Below, piece by piece: positions 1-6,317 of a stretch of 14,350 nucleotides of DNA (position 1 is its first letter; each line of letters opens with the position of its first letter). The stretch comes from Nanohaloarchaea archaeon B1-Br10_U2g1 (lineage in GTDB: Archaea > Nanohalarchaeota > Nanosalinia > Nanosalinales > Nanosalinaceae). The translations under genes were made by a program, and so were the position numbers. The stretch is taken from assembly GCA_001563875.1 (NCBI GenBank), contig LKMN01000019.1, positions 1-14,350 on the forward strand, in the 5' to 3' direction. The notes beneath the pieces were generated by a model, which was not told where the DNA came from, did not search any database, and worked only from the letters and a program-made list of their open reading frames with translations.

Positions 1-735
1 GCGGAGCTTGAAGATAAGATAGAGCTTGAGACATCAGAGCTCGATATAGATCTAAAAGCCAACGAAACTGTTGAAGAAGAGATACTTTTCACTAGAAGCG
101 AAGAAGTCAGTCTGGAAACAGAAGTAGAAGATAGCCTTAAAGACATAGTTAATGTCCAGAATATAACCGAGGAGGCTATATTGCTAGAGTTTATAGCTCC
201 AAGCCAGGAGACCTATGTAGAAGGGTCCGTACTGCTCAAAGAAGGAAGTGACTCAATAGAAGTCCCGGTAACAGTCAACATCACCGAAGAGGAAGAGACT
301 CTAGACTATGATCCTAACAACTTTATGATCTTCGTATACGGCGAAGATAGACAGTTTGTAGACGAACCTCTCGAGTTCAGTGTCGGTATAAGAGATGAAA
401 TCCGGTCAGAATCCTCGGAAACAGTTAGCGTCAGAACCAAAGTAGTAGACGAAGACGGAGAAAATGTTTTCGAAGAGACTGAAGAAGTTGATGTAGAACT
501 CGTTAACTCTGTAGAGTACAGTTTGAGTAATTTAGAGACCGGAAACTACACAGTTACTTCAAGAACCTCTTACATGGATGGGAACTACAGTACAGAGAAA
601 GAGTTCGAACTTCGTGAAGAGATAGATGACTCGATTACAGGAAGATTTTACGCAGGTTCCTTCTCAGTATATGAGAGCCTAGAGAACCTTGCCAGCCAGG
701 TATCGAGAATAGGATCCTTACTCAGGTTCTGGTAA
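1..735 (+). CDS. 5'-truncated acidic, beta-rich (Ig-like) putative cell-surface glycoprotein, C-terminal part
   Basis: Frame 1 is open from base 1 (AELEDKIELETSELDIDLKANETVEEE...) through the TTG at 181 to TAA 733-735, so the real start is left of the window. Alternating beta-strand patterns (IEVPVTVNI, VSVRTKVVD, GNYTVTSRTSY), five N-x-S/T sequons (NET, NIT, NIT, NYT, NYS). Function is inferred. Confidence 0.7.
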   Translation, partial: AELEDKIELETSELDIDLKANETVEEEILFTRSEEVSLETEVEDSLKDIVNVQNITEEAILLEFIAPSQETYVEGSVLLKEGSDSIEVPVTVNITEEEETLDYDPNNFMIFVYGEDRQFVDEPLEFSVGIRDEIRSESSETVSVRTKVVDEDGENVFEETEEVDVELVNSVEYSLSNLETGNYTVTSRTSYMDGNYSTEKEFELREEIDDSITGRFYAGSFSVYESLENLASQVSRIGSLLRFW

Positions 736-783
736 CAGAACCTCTCACCACCTTCTTATTTTTAGATTGAGAACACTGTAATT

Positions 784-1488
784 ATGAACAAGCATTTCAT
801 AACAGTAGAGAATAATGAAAAGGTTTCAGCAGTTCATCACAAATCAGATTCGGATAGATGGATTTTCTTCTGCCACGGATTTGGAAGTGATAAGGAAGGA
901 AGTTACGAGAGAAGATGTAGTAAAGCGGTTGAAAATGGCTGGAACGCTGTACGTTTTGATTTCCGCGGTAACAATGAGTCGGACGGAGAGTTCATCGACC
1001 AAGGATTAAGTTCGAGGATAAAGGATCTAGAATCAGTGATAGACTATTTTGATCCAGAAAAATGTGTTCTATTCGGTATGAGTTTTGGAGGTAAAGTCGT
1101 TTTCCATCATGCTGTTGAAGATAAACGTGTTAAGGCAGTTATAGGCAAATCTCCCGTTACATACAACGAAATAATGGACAAGTTTAGATCCGTCATTGAA
1201 CAGAAAGGAGAATATACACATTTCGGCGATAAGACTATTGACGAAAGATTTATCGAGGATCTTGATAAGTACTCATTTGAGAAGGTGACTGGAACATTAG
1301 ATATACCTGCTGCATTTTACCATGGACGTGCTGATTCCACTGTACACCCCGAATATACGTGGAAGGCTGCCAGAGAACTGGAATGCAGTACCTGTGTTGA
1401 GATGTTTGAAGCGGAGAAACATAAGATGAGCGAGGAAGCTGACATCAAAATATTGGACTCTATGTTCCACTGGCTTAGACAAATATAA
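784..1488 (+). CDS. Alpha/beta-fold hydrolase (esterase/peptidase S9-like)
   Basis: HGFGS oxyanion motif, FDFRG, nucleophile elbow GMSFGG (GxSxG), HGRADSTV (acid Asp), EKHKM (His). Confidence 0.9.
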   Translation: MNKHFITVENNEKVSAVHHKSDSDRWIFFCHGFGSDKEGSYERRCSKAVENGWNAVRFDFRGNNESDGEFIDQGLSSRIKDLESVIDYFDPEKCVLFGMSFGGKVVFHHAVEDKRVKAVIGKSPVTYNEIMDKFRSVIEQKGEYTHFGDKTIDERFIEDLDKYSFEKVTGTLDIPAAFYHGRADSTVHPEYTWKAARELECSTCVEMFEAEKHKMSEEADIKILDSMFHWLRQI

Positions 1489-1535
1489 TCTGGTTTCAGG
1501 TTTCTCCTTCCTTAGAACTCTCCAAACTTCCTTTA

Positions 1536-2681
1536 TCAGTCTCGTACTGTTTTATTATAGACTCCAGTTGTCCAAGCCGCAATCTGTTCCCACCTAAAGT
1601 TGTCTTCTACCCTGTTTCTGGCCTTATCCCCCATCCAGTCGGTCCATCCGGGATCATTCAGTGCTCGATTAACTTGGTATGCGATAGATCCTGAGTCCTC
1701 CGGATAAGAGTGCAGACCTGTATACTCATGTACTATAGTATCTTTCATTCCTCCCGTATAGCTTCCAACAGTCATCGTTTCACATGCTGCAGCTTCCAAA
1801 GGCACAATACCGAAAGGTTCGTATACCGAAGGCGCTACGGTCATTTCAGCAGATTTCATCAGTGAAAGAAGTTCTTGGTCAGATACATAGCCCGGGAAGT
1901 ATACTTTTTCTCCTACCTTTGAGTTAGCAATACCTCTATAATGTTCCGTGGATCCGCTTCCAACCATTACAAATTTGGCTTCAGGAGAGTTTTCAAGTAT
2001 TGAGGGCATCGCCTCTATTAGATGTCCGGGGCCTTTCTGAGGGTACATACGCCCTACAAACAGTACTATCTTTTCCCAGTCCAACGCATAATCTGTATAG
2101 TTTAAACGGTTTCTATGGTCGTCAAACTTCTCTAGGTCGACACCGTTAGGTATGTAGTTTACTTTATCATCAGGAACGTTAAACGAGTGTTTGACTTCTT
2201 CCGAGAAATCCTTGCCCACTGTTATAACCTGTGAGGCCTCATAGGTTCCGTACCACTCCAAGTTGTGTATTGTTCTCTGGTAGTCGGAGTCTATACCGTC
2301 TCTACCTTTCTGGGTCGAATGTACGGTAAAAACCATTGGAAGTCCGAGCGTCTTCTTAAGTCCCACTGCTCCAGATACCACCATCCAGTCATGGGCATGC
2401 ACTACATCAAAATCCTCTTCGTTGTATAGTTCAATCGCTTTCTTCTCCATCTGGTGACCTAGATGCATCGCCCAGGAAAGCGTGTTGTTAGCTGACTCTG
2501 TAGAAGTAACTCTATGTATTTGGACACCGTCTCGGTACTCCGTTTCCTCCTTTTCTCCGTATGTAACAACTATAGGTTCATGTCCTTGATCCGCTAATGT
2601 GGTGGCTAGATCTTCACAGTGCGCAGCTATCCCTCCTGCCTTCATAGGCGGATACTCCCATGTGAGGAATAGCGGCTTCAT
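1536..2681 (-). CDS. Glycosyltransferase family 4 (GT-B, retaining), type commonly found in alpha-glucan/glycogen clusters
   Basis: N-terminal LTWEYPP..AGGIA, HAHDW, TVHST, IPNGVD, FVGRM..QKG, and E-x7-E motif PSVYEPFGIVPLEA. Confidence 0.92.
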   Translation of the reverse strand: MKPLFLTWEYPPMKAGGIAAHCEDLATTLADQGHEPIVVTYGEKEETEYRDGVQIHRVTSTESANNTLSWAMHLGHQMEKKAIELYNEEDFDVVHAHDWMVVSGAVGLKKTLGLPMVFTVHSTQKGRDGIDSDYQRTIHNLEWYGTYEASQVITVGKDFSEEVKHSFNVPDDKVNYIPNGVDLEKFDDHRNRLNYTDYALDWEKIVLFVGRMYPQKGPGHLIEAMPSILENSPEAKFVMVGSGSTEHYRGIANSKVGEKVYFPGYVSDQELLSLMKSAEMTVAPSVYEPFGIVPLEAAACETMTVGSYTGGMKDTIVHEYTGLHSYPEDSGSIAYQVNRALNDPGWTDWMGDKARNRVEDNFRWEQIAAWTTGVYNKTVRD

Positions 2682-3289
2682 CTATACTGTTTTACCTCCT
2701 TCTCCTGTTTAACAAGTTCCTTGTAGCTGCTTAAAACTGTTCCCTGCCAGTCACTACTAAAAGGATTAATTACTTCAAGCTTCTCGCTTGGCACATCAAG
2801 ATCGAATAGGAGCGAGTTCTTGGTATCTTCTCCTGTAGCAAATACTTTGTCGGCTTCACAACCTCCCTGCCATTCGAGTTCAGATATTACTCCAGACTGG
2901 TCGCTGTTAAAACCTCTCTCGTTTTCAGTTGACTGATACGTTACTACCAGAGGTATATCTAGATGCTGTGAAAGCGTAGCTCCTCCAGGTATAGAAGTCC
3001 AGTCAACTACATGGATAATATCGAAGCCTCTGTCATCGAATCTTTCTCGTGCCTCTCTCTTGAGCTCGTTGTTAAGCATCATAGACCAGTTATAGAGGTT
3101 ATCTGCTTCAAAAGGCAGATCAACTCTATTTACTTCGACTTCATCATTAATGCTGTATTCGGATCCATCATCAAATGATACCACAAGCGCTTCATGATTT
3201 TTACTAACCAGGCACTCTGCTAAGTTCTTTATATGTTCTGTAGCTGCCTTCTGCTCTCTAAGCCTTCTTACAAGATATAGAACCTTCAT
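2678..3289 (-). CDS. GT4 N-terminal-domain-only protein (paralog of the downstream GT4; lacks the nucleotide-sugar-binding domain)
   Basis: Colinear with the first ~180 aa of 1536..2681: FDIIHVVDW vs FDVVHAHDW, PLVVTYQSTE vs PMVFTVHSTQ, ELEWQG vs NLEWYG, VPSEKL vs VPDDKV; no GR..KG or EPFG motif. ATGA overlaps on both sides. Confidence 0.85.
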   Translation of the reverse strand: MKVLYLVRRLREQKAATEHIKNLAECLVSKNHEALVVSFDDGSEYSINDEVEVNRVDLPFEADNLYNWSMMLNNELKREARERFDDRGFDIIHVVDWTSIPGGATLSQHLDIPLVVTYQSTENERGFNSDQSGVISELEWQGGCEADKVFATGEDTKNSLLFDLDVPSEKLEVINPFSSDWQGTVLSSYKELVKQEKEVKQYR

Positions 3290-4461
3290 CTTTCAAATCT
3301 CTCCTCATGCCCTAGCTGTTTGCTTCTCTCAACATCAGGCTGATCAAATGGATCGACTTCTCTAAGCCATGCCGAGTAAACTGCTAAATACTGTAAGAAC
3401 GCAATCAACTTACCTATATTCTTATGTGAGACATCTGAAACGTTTAAGCTCATGCTTGGCCTGTCTTCCTCTTCCAAAGCTCTTTTTACACCTTTGTACT
3501 CCGATTCAAGAGATTCTGAGTAAGTCAAAGAGCTCAGATGGCCTAGCTTCTCGCCTCTAACATTTATGTCCTCTAGATCCTCTGGCACCTTTACTCTTTC
3601 TCTTTCATGAGCATCAGTTCTAAAGAAGAACGGTAATATGTCTTTTCTTCCCCCGAACAGCCTCTGATTCGTGTGGTGCTGATACTCAGGCCCAAGATCG
3701 CCTGAAAAAGTCTGTCCTTTTCCTTCTTTGCAGAAGGTTTCATGCATCAGCTGCACCATTAGAGGGTAGAAGCCGAACAGCCTAGTCGAGTAGAAAGGTG
3801 TTAATACCTGTTCGTAACCTTTGTGCTCTGCATCATAGAGGGCTGATGCAACATTAAGTGCAGGATTGTACTGGTTTTCAGGAGAAACCTTTTCATACAT
3901 ATCTTCCGCTCCTTCTCTGATCTCTCTAACATCTATTCCTGCGGCTGCTGCCGGCATTAAGGCTGTTTCTGTTAGTCCGGAGAATCTTCCTCCAATCTTA
4001 GGATGTTCTATCCAGTCCCAGTCTCTTCTCTCAGTCATGTTTCTTAAGGCTCCATCGTTATCTGATGTAACTGCAAAAACCGGATAATCCCTGTTTACAA
4101 AGTACATAAGCGATTCTAAGACCCCTACTGTCTCTCCAGATTTACTTATTGGCATTACAAGTGTGTTTTCAGGACTTAGGCTCCTTGATAGTCTCCCAAG
4201 GTAGTCTGGATCCATAGTTGTTACTATATGAACGTCTTTATCTGTTTCATCGATAAATGCATAGAGATATGCTCTTAAACTTGTTATAGAGCCTCCGTTA
4301 CCTATTATTACTATGTTTTCATAGTCCAGCTTATCTGCTTTTCTTTCTATCTTGTCTATATCGGGTTCGTACTCCGCGAATTCTGGTTTTTCGTATCTTG
4401 GAAGCTGCTGTACTGAACGGTTCTTTTCGTTAACGTGGTCTATCTCAATTTTTATACTCAT
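3286..4461 (-). CDS. pgi: Glucose-6-phosphate isomerase (Pgi superfamily, compact 391 aa form)
   Basis: IGNGGS, SKSGET, GGRFS, QLMHETFCK (catalytic Glu), QHH..Q (His), DPFDQPDVERSK (Lys) correspond to the Pgi motifs GIGGS, SKSGxT, GGRxS, ESxGK, DQH, NPFDQPGVExxK. Confidence 0.88.
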   Translation of the reverse strand: MSIKIEIDHVNEKNRSVQQLPRYEKPEFAEYEPDIDKIERKADKLDYENIVIIGNGGSITSLRAYLYAFIDETDKDVHIVTTMDPDYLGRLSRSLSPENTLVMPISKSGETVGVLESLMYFVNRDYPVFAVTSDNDGALRNMTERRDWDWIEHPKIGGRFSGLTETALMPAAAAGIDVREIREGAEDMYEKVSPENQYNPALNVASALYDAEHKGYEQVLTPFYSTRLFGFYPLMVQLMHETFCKEGKGQTFSGDLGPEYQHHTNQRLFGGRKDILPFFFRTDAHERERVKVPEDLEDINVRGEKLGHLSSLTYSESLESEYKGVKRALEEEDRPSMSLNVSDVSHKNIGKLIAFLQYLAVYSAWLREVDPFDQPDVERSKQLGHEERFER

Positions 4462-6212
4462 TTTTTATCCTCCAGAGCCATCTTATGCGCCTCTAGATAG
4501 TTTTTAGAGAGTTTTTTCCATGATGTTAGCTGCGCTAGTTTTCTGGCGTTGTGTTTCCTCTCTGTTATCTCTGTCTTAGAATAGGATACAAACTGTTCTA
4601 GTATGTTGTAGAGCTGGTCAGCTGACTCTTGATCGGTTTTGGCCTGCCTTTCAAGTATTTTTATACCTTTTCTGTCTTCTCTGCCTGTATTTTCTTTAAG
4701 AAACTTTCCAAAACCAGCCAAATCGGTTGTAACAGCTAATGCGCCGTTTGCTGCAGTCTCTACAGGCGTGTAACCCCATGGCTCGTAGTAGCTCGGGAAT
4801 ATACCTGCGCTTGCGGCCACAAGAAAGTCATTGTACTCCATTGATAGCAGCCGGTCTCCTACAGATAGGTATGTTGGATAGAAAACAACCTTCACCCTAT
4901 CATCTTCTTCATTTGTCAGCCCGTTCTCGTATAGAGCCGTCAAAATCTCATCTTCAGGATAGTTCAGGTCGAACGCCGACACCGGAGGTCTATCCCCATG
5001 TTTTGCACGGAAGTTTTCCTGAAGAGACTTCAACTCTCTTGAGCTATCTTCAACTATCTTAAAGCATTTTTTGGCCGGCTCTCGACCCGAGGTTATCTCG
5101 TTCAACAGTTCTTTCTTCAGCTTCGGCATCATTGAATCAAGATAGGCCTCAAGCTCCTCATACAAAGATAGGTTTTCGACCACCTCCGTCTTCTGGCCTT
5201 TGATATCGCTAGGGACCATTATGAAGACGAAGACATCTTCTCCTTCCTCACTGTTCATCTTTGCAAGCGCATCAATGAGGAGGTCTATACCTTTGTTGTG
5301 GTATTCATATCTCCCCGAGGTGAATAGTATTCGCGGATCACTCTCCAGATCAACATCGTAGTAAGGCTTGAAATACGCTCTTAGAAACTCTTTAACCCTT
5401 CCTTTTTTTCTAGTATGCTGGTAAGACAGTTCTTCGAGACTTGGAAAGTCCTCGACGTTGAAACCGTTAGGCAGTATCACATCAGGTTCTACACCTAGAA
5501 CTGCTTCAGCCTCTTTACCAGTATTCTTGCTAACGGTTGTGAAGACATCTGCTTGTTCAGCGGAGGCTTTTTCGATGTGGTGTTTAGGAACAACTTCATA
5601 CTCCTCTGCCAAATTAGGGTCAAGTCTTCCGTGTTCTACAGCGGACTGAAGATCGAAATCTGAACTAGATAGTGTTCTTCCCAAGACCGTTGCATGAGTA
5701 GTAAATACTGAAGGATTATCTGAGTTAAGTATCGCAGGCCCTGAAAGCCATTCATGAGCCTGTAATACTGTATCGCCCTCAAGCTCTGTATCCAGCTCTT
5801 TTACAAGTTCTCCTACAGCATAACTCCATTTCACCGGTTCATCAAAGTCCGGACCTGCCTCCATAGAGTCTACCCCGTAATTGTCCCATAGCTCTTTCTT
5901 TATCTCGTTGGCAGTCTTCTGCATATCTGAAGGATCTACTAGTATACATCTTGGATCTGACGGAGCGTTCCATACCCCATAATAGCATTTTATCCCTTTC
6001 TCCTCCAGTTTATGAAATATCTTCTCGAAGCCGTGATTTTCGCGTGGAGCGAACTCTTTAGATGCTTCTTCAGGATTGTAGAATCCTATAGTGATGTAGT
6101 TCTCGCCGTATCTTTCGTGCATAGAGCCAGATTTGGACTTCAGTACTTGGTGTATACCACCTACCTTGTTCGCTACTTCGAAAGATACCTCGATAAAGTT
6201 ATCCGGCTTCAT
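4458..6212 (-). CDS. Glycogen synthase, GT3 (yeast/animal-like) family
   Basis: EVSFEVANKVGGI, AHEWLSG, FTTHATVLGR, FTTVS, PNG, SGRYEYHNKG.D, VKVVFYPTYL, FPSYYEPWGYTP.E are GT3 signature motifs. Confidence 0.95.
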   Translation of the reverse strand: MKPDNFIEVSFEVANKVGGIHQVLKSKSGSMHERYGENYITIGFYNPEEASKEFAPRENHGFEKIFHKLEEKGIKCYYGVWNAPSDPRCILVDPSDMQKTANEIKKELWDNYGVDSMEAGPDFDEPVKWSYAVGELVKELDTELEGDTVLQAHEWLSGPAILNSDNPSVFTTHATVLGRTLSSSDFDLQSAVEHGRLDPNLAEEYEVVPKHHIEKASAEQADVFTTVSKNTGKEAEAVLGVEPDVILPNGFNVEDFPSLEELSYQHTRKKGRVKEFLRAYFKPYYDVDLESDPRILFTSGRYEYHNKGIDLLIDALAKMNSEEGEDVFVFIMVPSDIKGQKTEVVENLSLYEELEAYLDSMMPKLKKELLNEITSGREPAKKCFKIVEDSSRELKSLQENFRAKHGDRPPVSAFDLNYPEDEILTALYENGLTNEEDDRVKVVFYPTYLSVGDRLLSMEYNDFLVAASAGIFPSYYEPWGYTPVETAANGALAVTTDLAGFGKFLKENTGREDRKGIKILERQAKTDQESADQLYNILEQFVSYSKTEITERKHNARKLAQLTSWKKLSKNYLEAHKMALEDKK

Positions 6213-6235
6213 AACTCAGGTATGCGGCTTTCCTG

Positions 6236-6243
6236 TATAAAAA
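6236..6243 (-). promoter_or_regulatory. TATA box of the glycogen synthase operon
   Basis: Minus strand reads TTTTTATA, 24-31 nt upstream of the ATG at 6212. Confidence 0.7.
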
Positions 6244-6285
6244 CCTCGTCAGTAGTTTATTGCCACTACAGAGTCAAAATACCTG

Positions 6286-6293
6286 TTTTATAG
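6286..6293 (+). promoter_or_regulatory. TATA box of the debranching-enzyme gene
   Basis: TTTTATAG, 25-32 nt upstream of the GTG at 6318. Confidence 0.65.
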
Positions 6294-6317
6294 TATGCTC
6301 TTTACCATGGTTTAACC

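Noticed and set aside
181-183. TTG start for the first ORF as given in the ORF track
   Set aside because: The frame is open from base 1 with the same composition; the gene starts left of the window.
784-1488. Alpha/beta hydrolase as part of the glucan system
   Set aside because: Convergent orientation, generic family and no carbohydrate-specific feature; no evidence beyond adjacency.
1489-1535. Terminator between convergent hydrolase and GT4
   Set aside because: Pyrimidine-rich on the plus strand but no hairpin or long T-tract; cannot be called specifically.
2678-3289. Pseudogene interpretation of the short GT4
   Set aside because: No frameshift or leftover C-domain sequence, exact ATGA coupling at both ends, deep divergence from its neighbour with an intact frame; not formally excluded without orthologs.
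6307-6315. Mini uORF ATG GTT TAA just before the debrancher GTG
   Set aside because: Lies between the TATA box and the expected transcription start, so probably not transcribed.
6213-6317. TrmB/TGM operator (TATCAC-N5-GTGATA or TACT-N7-8-GAGTA) in the sugar promoter
   Set aside because: No match to either consensus found by eye.
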